Below, piece after piece: positions 49,736 to 60,915 of a stretch of DNA of 64,000 bases. Source of the stretch: Nitrospirota bacterium (GTDB taxonomy: Bacteria; Nitrospirota; Nitrospiria; Nitrospirales; NS-4); NCBI GenBank assembly GCA_963788195.1, contig CAWBGA010000014.1, positions 1 through 64,000 on the forward strand. The letters are read 5' to 3'. Position 1 is the first letter of the stretch. Every line of letters starts with the position of its first letter. A program made the translations under genes and the position numbers. The notes below the pieces were generated by a model, which saw only the letters and a list, made by a program, of their open reading frames with translations, ran no database searches and was not told where the DNA came from.

Positions 49736-52532
49736 TTTCAGCAACTGCCTCGCAGCAAGCATCACACAGTGTGGGATGGGCCGGGTTGTCACCCACTGAG
49801 GTGCTGTATTTCCAGCAGCGTTCGCACTTTATACCGTCGGCTTTCACGACTTGAACCTTGAAGTCAGGGGGTAACGTCAAGTGATGCACCTCATTCAATT
49901 CAACCTGCGACACGATGAACAGCCCAGGAAGGTCAGATTCATAAGGCTTGAGAAATTTGAATCTCTCTGGATTGGCCTCAATGATGACCTTCGCTTCCAG
50001 CGGCGCTCCGATAATCTTCTCGCGACGCTGCACCTCCAGCGCGGCTTGGACTTCGGTGCGCACGACGAGCAGTTGCTCCCAGCGCCCTTCCAGCCCCGGG
50101 TCCCGCCGCCCAGGATCGGGCTTGGGCAGCGGCGTAAGGTGAACGCTTCCGCCCCCGCGTTGTGTTTCGGGAATCACCTGCCAGATCTCCTCGGAGGTGA
50201 ACGCCAATATGGGCGCCATCACCTGTGTCACTGCGGTCAGGATGTCGAACAGAACAGTCTGGGACCCGCGCCGCAGAGTCGAATTCTTGCCAAACGTATA
50301 CAGGCGGTCCTTCAGAATATCAAAATAGGTGGCGCTCATCTGGACCGAGCAGAAGTTATTGAGCTCATGAAAAATTACATGAAATTCAAAGTCCTCATAG
50401 GCTCGCCTTACGCGCTCGATGAGATGGTCGAGCTGTATCAGCGCCCACCGGTCAAGCTCCGGCAATCGCTCATACGACACGCGATTCACCGCCGGGTCGA
50501 AATCGTACAGGTTGCTCAACATGAACCGGCAGGTATTTCGAATCTTGCGATACGAGTCAATCAGATGGGCCAGTATCGCGGGTGAGATGCGCAGGTCCTC
50601 ACGATAATCCTGCGCCGCGACCCAGAGGCGCAGGATCTCGGCGCCGTACTGTTTGATGACTTCCTGGGGCGCCACGACATTGCCCGCCGATTTCGACATC
50701 TTCTTTCCGTCTCCGTCAACGACAAAGCCATGCGTGAGAACCGCTTTGTATGGCGCACGCTCGTCGGTGACGACGCCGGCGAGTAATGAGCTGTGGAACC
50801 AGCCGCGGTGTTGATCGGATCCTTCCAAATACAGATTCGCCGGCCACCATTGCCTGGGCTTCAATACGGCGGCATAGCTCACGCCAGACTCAAACCACAC
50901 ATCCAGGATGTCATTCTCTTTTTCAAATGCACCTCCACCGCACCCGCACTTCGTACCAGGCGGCAACAATTCATCAGGGGTTTTTTCAAACCAAACTTCC
51001 GCGCCTGCCTTCTCCACAAGCATCGCGATATGCTCAATGACCAGGGGATCTTTGAGGATGGTCCCGCAAGCCGTACAGATGAACGCCGGGATCGGAGTCC
51101 CCCATGACCGCTGGCGTGAAAGACACCAGTCCGGCCGGTTGACGATCATCCCATGGATTCGGTCTCGTCCCCATGCCGGTATCCACTTCACCTGCTCATC
51201 TATTGCATGAAGCGCTCTCCGGCGCAACTCATTCTTCTCCATCGAAACAAACCACTGCTCCGTCGCCCGAAAGATCACCGGATTCTTGCAGCGCCAGCAA
51301 TGCGGGTAGGAATGCGTCAGCTTGCCTTCGCCGAGAAGGAAGCTTCGTTCTTTTAGTCGCTCAATGATAGCCGGATTTGCCTTAAAGACGTTCTGACCGG
51401 ACCATTCCGGAACTGCGTCAGTAAAGCGCCCCTGATCATCCACGGGGGCGAAGACAGCCAGCTGTTCCTGTTTGGGCAGCAACGGGTTATTTTCGAGGGC
51501 CAGAATGTAATCCTCCTGCCCATGCCCCGGAGCGATATGGACACTCCCCGTCCCCTGATCCACGGTGACAAAATCCGCGGCAAGTATTGGAGACAAACCA
51601 TCTGATAATGGCCGGGTACAAAAAAGCCTGCGTGAGACAATAGCAGCCCCTGGTTGTGTAAAAAGAATCTTATAGTCTGATAGCTCACACGCTTTCGTAA
51701 ACGACGCCACCAATTTTTCGGCGACGATGTATACGTCCTCACCGTTTTGTACGAAGGCATACTCAAGCTCAGGATGAATAGCGACGGCCTGGTTCGCCGG
51801 CAGAGTCCAGGGAGTCGTGGTCCAAACCACCATTGAGACGCGTTTGACACCCTGCCCGCCGGCGCCCATGTCTTCTGGAGGATCCACCAGCGGGAACTTT
51901 ACATAGATCGACGGCGAGGTATGGTCTTCGTACTCGACCTCCGCTTCGGCGAGCGCAGTCTCATCCACGAAACACCACAAGACCGGCTTCAAGCCCTTGT
52001 ACACACCACCTGTCTCAACGAACTTTCCGAACTCCCGAAGGATCGTCGCCTCGTACGCAGGATTCATCGTCAGATAGGGATGCTCCCAGTCACCGAAGAC
52101 TCCCAACCGGCGGAACTCGTCTCGCTGAATCAGATAAAACTTTTCGGCATACTCCCGGCACCGCTTGCGGATCTCAACCTTAGTGAGCGACTTCTTTTTC
52201 TCGCCGAGATCCTTCAAGACCTGATGTTCAATGGGCAGCCCATGGCAATCCCATCCCGGCACATACGGGGCGTGGAAGCCCTCCATCGTTTTCGATTTGA
52301 CGATAATGTCTTTCAGAATCTTGTTCAGCGCGTGCCCAATATGGATGCGCCCGTTGGCGTAAGGAGGTCCGTCATGCAGGATGTAGAGAGGATGCCCATG
52401 GCGCGCTTCCTGGATGTGGACATAGAGCCCGTCTTGCTCCCATTTCGCGAGCATTTTGGGCTCCCGCTCGGGCAGATTGGCCTTCATCGGAAAGCTGGTC
52501 TGCGGCAGATTGAGCGTGGCTTTGTAATCCAT
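49725..52532 (-). CDS. ileS: Isoleucine--tRNA ligase
   Basis: MDYKATLNLP, DGPPYANG.IHIGH, GWDCHGLP, EGSDQHRGWF, KMSKS, C-terminal zinc finger. Confidence 0.98.
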   Translation of the reverse strand: MDYKATLNLPQTSFPMKANLPEREPKMLAKWEQDGLYVHIQEARHGHPLYILHDGPPYANGRIHIGHALNKILKDIIVKSKTMEGFHAPYVPGWDCHGLPIEHQVLKDLGEKKKSLTKVEIRKRCREYAEKFYLIQRDEFRRLGVFGDWEHPYLTMNPAYEATILREFGKFVETGGVYKGLKPVLWCFVDETALAEAEVEYEDHTSPSIYVKFPLVDPPEDMGAGGQGVKRVSMVVWTTTPWTLPANQAVAIHPELEYAFVQNGEDVYIVAEKLVASFTKACELSDYKILFTQPGAAIVSRRLFCTRPLSDGLSPILAADFVTVDQGTGSVHIAPGHGQEDYILALENNPLLPKQEQLAVFAPVDDQGRFTDAVPEWSGQNVFKANPAIIERLKERSFLLGEGKLTHSYPHCWRCKNPVIFRATEQWFVSMEKNELRRRALHAIDEQVKWIPAWGRDRIHGMIVNRPDWCLSRQRSWGTPIPAFICTACGTILKDPLVIEHIAMLVEKAGAEVWFEKTPDELLPPGTKCGCGGGAFEKENDILDVWFESGVSYAAVLKPRQWWPANLYLEGSDQHRGWFHSSLLAGVVTDERAPYKAVLTHGFVVDGDGKKMSKSAGNVVAPQEVIKQYGAEILRLWVAAQDYREDLRISPAILAHLIDSYRKIRNTCRFMLSNLYDFDPAVNRVSYERLPELDRWALIQLDHLIERVRRAYEDFEFHVIFHELNNFCSVQMSATYFDILKDRLYTFGKNSTLRRGSQTVLFDILTAVTQVMAPILAFTSEEIWQVIPETQRGGGSVHLTPLPKPDPGRRDPGLEGRWEQLLVVRTEVQAALEVQRREKIIGAPLEAKVIIEANPERFKFLKPYESDLPGLFIVSQVELNEVHHLTLPPDFKVQVVKADGIKCERCWKYSTSVGDNPAHPTLCDACCEAVAENAA

Positions 52533-52705
52533 GAATACGTTTTTCCCAAGAATCGTTGATTTTATATTCTTTTCCGTCGCCAAGCAACCCAGCACGACAT
52601 GCTCTGTTTGCGACGGCTCGGGCGATTTCGTAATTGAAAAATCTGTCCCGGATTTTATTATCCCCTGGCTGGCACGTCCAAGGCGCAGTGTGTTAGCGTA
52701 GGCGC

Positions 52706-53275
52706 ATGGCATCTGCGCCGGTCTCGGAAATCCTCGCTCCCAACACTCAAACCCTTGGTAATGCCAAAGCTCCTGTTCTCGTCGTGGAGTTCTCCGACTT
52801 TACGTGCGGTTATTGTGGAAAGTTCTATCGGGAGACATTGCCTCAGATGAAGTCTCAGTATCTGGATACAGGGAAGGCGCGCTTTGCCTACCGCGACTAT
52901 CCTCGGGACGAGAAAGGATGGGGTCTGGTTTCTGCCCATGCGGCCCGCTGCGCGGGAGAGCAAGGCCAGTACTGGGCGATGCACGACCGGCTCTTCGATC
53001 AAGCCGGCCGGCTTGGCACAGGCGAGATTATGCGGATCGCCAAAGATTTGCGCCTCAAGCAGGAGTTGTTTGGAACCTGCATGGACTCACAAAGACATGT
53101 CGACGCGATCATGGCCGACAAAGAACTCGGGGAGCGCCTGGGATTTCGCGGGACCCCCGGCTTCCTGATCGTCAGAATGAGCGGCGACCGTTTTACCGAT
53201 GCGGTGAGAATACCAGGCGCCGCGTCCTACGAAGTCTTCGCGCAGCAGATCGAGAAGTTACTAAAGAAAAGCTGA
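52706..53275 (+). CDS. DsbA-family thioredoxin-fold protein
   Basis: EFSDFTCGYC, RDYP, GTP. Confidence 0.88.
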   Translation: MASAPVSEILAPNTQTLGNAKAPVLVVEFSDFTCGYCGKFYRETLPQMKSQYLDTGKARFAYRDYPRDEKGWGLVSAHAARCAGEQGQYWAMHDRLFDQAGRLGTGEIMRIAKDLRLKQELFGTCMDSQRHVDAIMADKELGERLGFRGTPGFLIVRMSGDRFTDAVRIPGAASYEVFAQQIEKLLKKS

Positions 53276-53457
53276 CGGCTTCGTCTTCCATTCCCGCTCG
53301 GCCCGATGCCTTATATTGTCATCTTGAACTTTTTGTCCCTAACACGTAGCAACACAGTAAATTTTGTTGTGGCTCCGTACCTACAGGCTCGCCTCACACG
53401 GGCCACCCGTTTCTGAACATCCTGTCGGCGCCGCCGTCGAATACCTTCTATTAGTAA

Positions 53458-53865
53458 TCACGGCGCTTGGGGAAACAGTCGGAGAAAATCCGCAAGTCGA
53501 ATAATGGGTATCTCCTGAAATTTCTTCAGTTTCAGGAGATGACGGTCGCCCGTCACGACGAGGTCTGCTTCGGCCTCCACCGCACACTCAAGGATCCGAT
53601 TATCCGGCGCATCGATGAGGACCGTAATTTTGTGACTTGGCTTCACTAAAATCACCGCCCGGCTGATGATTTGCAGCGAGGCCTTGATGTCCTCGTCGGG
53701 TTGTTCGAACTTCGCCCATAGCGTCTTCGCAGTCTCGGTCAAAATCGAAACCGAACTGCAGAGATCGAACAACCCTCTACGGCCAAGGAGAAAGGCTTGT
53801 TCCCCTTGGCTGCCTGGCAGGATGAATGCGGAGATGAAGACATTGGTATCAAAGACCACTTTCAT
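53458..53865 (-). CDS. PIN-domain putative toxin
   Basis: VVFDTNVFISA, PDNRILECA, VTGDRHLL. Confidence 0.92.
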   Translation of the reverse strand: MKVVFDTNVFISAFILPGSQGEQAFLLGRRGLFDLCSSVSILTETAKTLWAKFEQPDEDIKASLQIISRAVILVKPSHKITVLIDAPDNRILECAVEAEADLVVTGDRHLLKLKKFQEIPIIRLADFLRLFPQAP

Positions 53866-54110
53866 CAGCGGTCCGCGAAGACGATCCGTTCCACCTCTCT
53901 TTCAGTAAAAACGCCTTTCTTGCGCGCTCTCCTGGCCATTTTTTTTTGCACCAGGAAGAACTCTTCTTCTTCAAGCTTCGCCTTATACGTCTCCACCATT
54001 CGGCGAAACAGTTCACTCTTGCTTGTTTTCGCGCGAGCGGTTAGTTGCTCATACTCGATAGCGAGTGCTGGACTAATTGAAAACCCTACGACCTTCGTCG
54101 AGCGACTCAT
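53865..54110 (-). CDS. Putative ribbon-helix-helix antitoxin
   Basis: VVGFSI, SKSELFR; TGATG coupling to the PIN gene. Confidence 0.8.
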   Translation of the reverse strand: MSRSTKVVGFSISPALAIEYEQLTARAKTSKSELFRRMVETYKAKLEEEEFFLVQKKMARRARKKGVFTEREVERIVFADR

Positions 54111-54228
54111 ACTGTATGCCTCGCTGGTTTAACTCCGTTAAACTTAACATCCAGACTCTCGAGATACAATGCGCTCGGAGGGATTATCTCTGGGGGTTGA
54201 GAAGAATCGAGCAGAGTTACAGGAACTG

Positions 54229-55365
54229 TTACGAGACGTCGAGCATGCGCTGCAGCGCGATGCGGGCCCAGTGCTTCTCATCCTCGGGCACTGAGATCTG
54301 ATTCACGACGCGGCCCTCGACGAGGTTCTCCATCGCCCAGCACAGATGCGGCGCGTCGATTCTGAACATTGTGGAGCACTGGCAGACGGTCGGCGAGAGG
54401 AAGAAAATTTTCTTATCGGGCTGGCGCTGCTTCAAGCGATTCACGAGATTAAGTTCCGTCCCGACGCCCCAGACAGAGCCAGGCTCAGCGGCTGAGACGG
54501 TCCGGATGATGAATTCCGTGGAACCGGACAGATCGGCCTGATTCACGACATCTTCATGGCATTCGGGATGGACGATGATCTTGATGCCGGGATGCTTCTC
54601 TTTAAAGTAGCGGACGTGCGCCGGCTGAAACATCTGGTGCACGCTGCAGAAGCCCTTCCACAACAACAACCTGGCCTTCTTGACCGCCTCTACAGTATGC
54701 CCGCCGTTTGGAAGGAAGGGATCCCAGACAAGGAGATCTTCTTTCGGAATGCCCATCTTATTTGCTGTATTACGGCCGAGATGTTCATCGGGGAAGAACA
54801 ATATCTTCTCACGACGCTTCCAGGCCCATTCGATGACACGCTGGGCGTTTGAGGAGGTGCACGTGATGCCGCCGTGCTCGCCGCAAAAAGCTTTCAGTAC
54901 CGCTGCGGAATTTACGTAGACGACCGGAGTGACGGCTTGCTCCACAGGCAGGATGCGGCCGAGCTGATCCCATGCCTCGTCCACCTGCTCGATCCGCGCC
55001 ATGTCGGCCATGGAACAGCCGGCCGCGAGATCGGGCAAAATGACCGTCTGGCCGGTCTTACTTAAAATATCGGCGGTCTCGGCCATGAAATGAACGCCGC
55101 AAAATACGATGTATTCGTGAGAAGAGCGCTCCGCCGCTATCTGGGAGAGCTTGAGGGAATCGCCTTCGATGTCGGCATGGCGGATTACTTCGTCGCGCTG
55201 GTAGTTGTGTCCCAGCACAATGACCCGATCGCCAAGGGCCCGCTTTGCAAGGGCCGTACGCTCAGCCAACTCGTCGAGCGGCACATCCCGATAGGCTTGA
55301 ATCTCGCCCGACGGGTGGATTTCCTGTGGCAGACTGGGGTTTAGGAGTGAAAGCGCGGCACTCAT
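54229..55365 (-). CDS. nadA: Quinolinate synthase
   Basis: GHNYQ, FCGVHFMAE, AGCSMA, YVNS, CSVH, HPEC; start uncertain. Confidence 0.96.
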   Translation of the reverse strand: MSAALSLLNPSLPQEIHPSGEIQAYRDVPLDELAERTALAKRALGDRVIVLGHNYQRDEVIRHADIEGDSLKLSQIAAERSSHEYIVFCGVHFMAETADILSKTGQTVILPDLAAGCSMADMARIEQVDEAWDQLGRILPVEQAVTPVVYVNSAAVLKAFCGEHGGITCTSSNAQRVIEWAWKRREKILFFPDEHLGRNTANKMGIPKEDLLVWDPFLPNGGHTVEAVKKARLLLWKGFCSVHQMFQPAHVRYFKEKHPGIKIIVHPECHEDVVNQADLSGSTEFIIRTVSAAEPGSVWGVGTELNLVNRLKQRQPDKKIFFLSPTVCQCSTMFRIDAPHLCWAMENLVEGRVVNQISVPEDEKHWARIALQRMLDVS

Positions 55366-55512
55366 GGCGTGCTGGTCATCTCCATATTGTGGGAACTTGG
55401 GAAAGTAATAAAGCTTACGGGGGCTTGAGGGTCTTGTCAATCGGCCTTAAGACCTACTCCTCGCGACGTTGATCTCAAATGGCCTACCTTCGGGCTTGAC
55501 CCTAGATCGCAG

Positions 55513-55541
55513 TTGACAGCATGAAAAACCCGAGGTAGTAT
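55513..55541 (+). promoter_or_regulatory. Putative sigma70 promoter of the thi operon
   Basis: TTGACA-N17-TAGTAT immediately before the riboswitch. Confidence 0.65.
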
Positions 55542-55549
55542 GCGTGCTT

Positions 55550-55643
55550 ACTGCTAGGGGAGCCTAAGTGGCTGAGAGCGTAGCCGAGGCATGCTACGCA
55601 CCCTCTGAACCTGATCTGGATAATCCCAGCGAAGGGAAGCGAT
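55550..55643 (+). promoter_or_regulatory. TPP riboswitch aptamer
   Basis: GGGGAGCC..GGCTGAGA..ACCC..GAACCTGATCTGGATAATCCCAGCGAAGGGAAG upstream of thiC. Confidence 0.95.
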
Positions 55644-55728
55644 GCATTCAGCGGCGCTCTACTCCCCCCTTCTCTCCCCTGGAAACTATCCACAAGGAGC
55701 TACTTGATCTTTTAGATCCGGTGCCTGT

Positions 55729-55800
55729 GGGGTCAGAGTCGATTTATCCGGCTGGCAAACGACTGAACTGAGTAAAAACGAATAAATCGACTCTGACCCC
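55729..55800. repeat. 72-bp GGGGWCAG hairpin element in the thiC leader
   Basis: GGGGTCAGAGTCGATTTAT ... ATAAATCGACTCTGACCCC; the left arm also occurs alone at 27237-27255. Confidence 0.88.
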
Positions 55801-55822
55801 AGGATAGAAAGGAAGAGAATTC

Positions 55823-57711
<1,889 letters not shown>

Positions 57712-57722
57712 TAAATTGGGGA

Positions 57723-57867
57723 TGTCGGGCTGAGTCCTTAGCTGTCATCCTGAACAAAGTGAAGGATCTCAATTCGCTCAGGATAAACTCCGCGAAGAAT
57801 CTAAAGGACTCATGAAATTTATCCTGAGCTACAAAACCTAGATCCTTCGCGGGAGCTCAGGATGACA
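57723..57867. repeat. Nested REP-like palindromic element, copy E
   Basis: TGTCATCCTGAACAAAGTGAAGGATCT ... AGATCCTTCGCGGGAGCTCAGGATGACA. Confidence 0.9.
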
Positions 57868-57881
57868 ATAAAAAGGTAAAC

Positions 57882-58682
57882 ATGGCAAACAAGTGGACAG
57901 CTCCCCTGCGGGAACGAGACATCACGCGGCAGATCGCGCGCGCGTTTTATCAGGAATTCGATAGCCTCATCGAGAGCGACGTCATCGTCGTCGGCGCCGG
58001 CCCCTCTGGGTTGCTCTGCGCCCGTGATCTCGCGACAGCAGGATACAAGACCTTGTTGATCGATCAGACCCTGTTTCTCGGGGGCGGATTCTGGTCCGGC
58101 GGTTACCTGATGAATAAGGCGACGATCTGCGCGCCCGCCGACAAGATTCTCGAAGAATTCGCAATTCCGTCAAAGCGGATCAACGAATGCGAGGGCATGT
58201 TCATTGTAGATCCGCCGCACGCGACGGCGAAACTGATCGCTGCGGCTTACGATGCCGGCGTAAAAGTGCTGAACCTGACCAAAGTCATCGACCTGATTCT
58301 GCGCCGTGACAATGTTCTCGAAGGCGTCGTTGTCAACTGGTCGCCCGTGGAGAACGCAGGACATGACGCCGTCCATGTCGATCCCATCGCGCTCGAATCA
58401 AAAGTGGTGGTGGATGCGACCGGACATGACGCTGCAATTGTCGCTCTCCTCAACCGTCGTGGCCTGGTCAAGGCCGTGCCCGGCAACGGGGCGATGTGGG
58501 TAGAGCGCTCCGAAGAACTCGTCGTGGAGAATACACGCGAAATCTATCCCAACTGCTTCCTTGCGGGCCTCTCGGTCTCCGCTGTGGACGCCTCGCCGCG
58601 AATGGGGCCGGCATTCGGAGCGATGCTCCTATCGGGTCGCCGAGCCGCGGGGTTGATTAAAAAGAAGTTGAAGCAGGAATAG
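57882..58682 (+). CDS. thi4: Thi4-family thiazole synthase (His at the active-site Cys position)
   Basis: VGAGPSGL, GGGFWSGG, HVDP, DATGHD, PRMGP.FG.MLLSG. Confidence 0.92.
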   Translation: MANKWTAPLRERDITRQIARAFYQEFDSLIESDVIVVGAGPSGLLCARDLATAGYKTLLIDQTLFLGGGFWSGGYLMNKATICAPADKILEEFAIPSKRINECEGMFIVDPPHATAKLIAAAYDAGVKVLNLTKVIDLILRRDNVLEGVVVNWSPVENAGHDAVHVDPIALESKVVVDATGHDAAIVALLNRRGLVKAVPGNGAMWVERSEELVVENTREIYPNCFLAGLSVSAVDASPRMGPAFGAMLLSGRRAAGLIKKKLKQE

Positions 58683-58691
58683 GAGCCGGCG

Positions 58692-59066
58692 GTGGAGAAT
58701 AAGAGGATCCTGGTGGCCGTCAACGATATCTTTTTCTATACAAAGCTGCGTGACGCTTGCAAGCCGCACGGTTACACCTTAGAAAAGGCGCGATCGCAGG
58801 AAGACGTAACCGAAAAGGCACAGGCGCTGAACCCGGCCGCCATCGTGATCAACATCAATGACGAGTCCCTCGACGCGTTCAAGGCGATCGAGGCCTTGAA
58901 ACATCATGACGGATCCAAGTCCATTCCTCTGCTCGCCTTTGCCAACCATGATGACGTGGAAAGCTGGCGGCGCGCGCAGAAGCTCGGCGTGACCAAAATC
59001 GTGTCTCGAAATGAATTTTCTTCTAGGACGCTTGCCCTCCTCCAGGAAGTGATCACCACTCCATGA
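58692..59066 (+). CDS. Single-domain receiver-like protein
   Basis: CheY-like beta/alpha pattern, but the acidic and phosphoacceptor positions read VAVND and IVIN. Confidence 0.65.
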   Translation: MENKRILVAVNDIFFYTKLRDACKPHGYTLEKARSQEDVTEKAQALNPAAIVININDESLDAFKAIEALKHHDGSKSIPLLAFANHDDVESWRRAQKLGVTKIVSRNEFSSRTLALLQEVITTP

Positions 59067-60169
59067 AAAAGTCCCCGCTACATCAAGACCACGCCGACCA
59101 CGGAGCAACATTCATTGAGCAGTCGGGATGGCAGATCCCGGCACATTACGGTGATGCGTCCAGGGAATACTCCGCCGTGCGTAAGAACGTCGGGATCATG
59201 GACCTGTCCGGCCGGGGAAAGATCCGCGTGACCGGGGAGGACCGAGTGAAGTGGCTTCAGAGTATCATCAGCAACGACATTCTGCCCCTCGCGCCCGGAC
59301 AGGGCATCCACTCCACCCTACTGACCCATAAGGGAAAAATCCTCGCGTATTTTCGCGTCTATCAGTTAGGCGATGCCCTCATGGTGGAAGACGTTGGGAA
59401 TCGGGAAGATACGACCTTCGCCACGCTCCGGAAATTCCTGCTCTACGGCACCAAGGCAACGATGGAGAACTGCGGCGAGACGTGGGGCGCACTCCTGATC
59501 AGTGGGCCAAAGGCCTTTGATGTGATCCGCTCCGCATTCGGCACAGACCTCTCTTCGTTGACAATGCTGTCGTTCGAGAGGCTCGAGATCGACGGATCTC
59601 CGGCGCTGCTCATTCGGAGCGAGGAGACGGGTGAGACAGACATCGAAATTCTTCTTCCGTCACAGGGGCTCCAGGCCGCCTGGGAACGGTTATGGACAGC
59701 GGGTGAAGCCATCGGGCTACAACGATTCGGTGCGGAGACGCTTGAGGTTCTCCGTGTCGAAGCCGGTCTTCCCAAGATGGGTCAAGATCTGAGCGAAGAG
59801 ATCGTCCCGCCCGAGGCGAACCTCGAAGGCAAGTCGTTTAGCCTCAGCAAAGGCTGCTATCCCGGCCAGGAAGTCGTCGCCCGCATGGACACGTATGGCT
59901 CAGTCCGCCGCCGGCTCGTGGGCCTCACTCTCGCTGAGGCAATTGTTCCGTCCTCAGGAGCCAAACTCTACAGCGGGGACAGAGAAGTCGGTTGGGTCTC
60001 CAGCGCAGTCCTCTCGCCGACACTCGGCAAGGTTATTGCGTTGGGTTTTCCTCTTCGCGACTTCACTAAACCGGGGACGGAGATCGCTCTCGATGCCGAA
60101 GGTAGACGTATAGTGGCTACCGTCCACGAGCTCCCCTTCATCCACGCCTCGGCCTCGTCTCCACATTAA
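59063..60169 (+). CDS. YgfZ/GcvT-like folate-binding protein
   Basis: DLSGRGKI.V.GED, LRVEAG.P, KGCYPGQE. Confidence 0.92.
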   Translation: MKKSPLHQDHADHGATFIEQSGWQIPAHYGDASREYSAVRKNVGIMDLSGRGKIRVTGEDRVKWLQSIISNDILPLAPGQGIHSTLLTHKGKILAYFRVYQLGDALMVEDVGNREDTTFATLRKFLLYGTKATMENCGETWGALLISGPKAFDVIRSAFGTDLSSLTMLSFERLEIDGSPALLIRSEETGETDIEILLPSQGLQAAWERLWTAGEAIGLQRFGAETLEVLRVEAGLPKMGQDLSEEIVPPEANLEGKSFSLSKGCYPGQEVVARMDTYGSVRRRLVGLTLAEAIVPSSGAKLYSGDREVGWVSSAVLSPTLGKVIALGFPLRDFTKPGTEIALDAEGRRIVATVHELPFIHASASSPH

Positions 60170-60197
60170 GTCCTTGCGAACAGCTTAGATTGAATTA

Positions 60198-60545
60198 ATG
60201 GACGACATAGCCCACCAACGAGGCCTGCTCATTGAGCGGGAGCTCAATCGCATAATGGAGATCCTGATCCGCGACTACGAACCGGAAAAGCTCATCGTGT
60301 TCGGTTCCGCAGCGCAGGGTGAGTTTCATGCCTGGAGCGACTTGGACCTCGTGGTGATTAAAAAAACTTCGAAACCGCTATTGGAACGCATCGAGGAGGT
60401 TCTGCGGCTTGTCAGGCCGAGAGTCGGCCTGGATGTGCTGGTCTACACCCCCGAGGAAATGGAGGCGCTGGTGGATGAACGGCGGAGTTTTGTGCTGGAC
60501 GAGATCATTTACAAGGGAGCCGTAGCTTATGAACGCCGGAAATAG
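60198..60545 (+). CDS. Minimal nucleotidyltransferase (MNT)
   Basis: VFGSAAQG....SDLDLVV, DVLVYTPEE. Confidence 0.9.
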   Translation: MDDIAHQRGLLIERELNRIMEILIRDYEPEKLIVFGSAAQGEFHAWSDLDLVVIKKTSKPLLERIEEVLRLVRPRVGLDVLVYTPEEMEALVDERRSFVLDEIIYKGAVAYERRK

Positions 60546-60912
60546 GTGGGCAACCTTTGCGCTCGAGAGTCTACATATGGCGGAAGCCGCCCAAAAACTT
60601 GGCCTCTGGAATCAGGTGTGCCTCCAGTCCCAACAAGCGGCGGCTAAGTCTTTTAAGGCATTTCTCTCCGAGCGCCACCGGCCGATCCCACAAGTACAGC
60701 ATCTGTCGGAACTACTGGCGATCTGCGTTGAAGCGAATCCCCAACTTGCGGATTTGGAAGACGCATGTTATGCGCTTGAAAAGTACCTCATCCCGTTAAC
60801 CTATCCCGATGCGGTTCCTTCCGACCAAATAAACAGCCTGCCGTCTGAGAAAGATGCTTCTGCGGCATTGGCGACCCTGGCGGAAGTGCGCGAAGCTTTG
60901 CAATTAATCTAA
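60529..60912 (+). CDS. HEPN-domain protein
   Basis: QQAA.K.FKAFL, L..Y....YPD; overlaps the MNT stop. Confidence 0.8.
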   Translation: MNAGNRWATFALESLHMAEAAQKLGLWNQVCLQSQQAAAKSFKAFLSERHRPIPQVQHLSELLAICVEANPQLADLEDACYALEKYLIPLTYPDAVPSDQINSLPSEKDASAALATLAEVREALQLI

Positions 60913-60915
60913 GCT

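Noticed and set aside
52533..52712. 60-aa N-terminal extension of IleS in the ORF track
   Set aside because: The conserved IleS start is MDYK; the extension spans the divergent intergenic region
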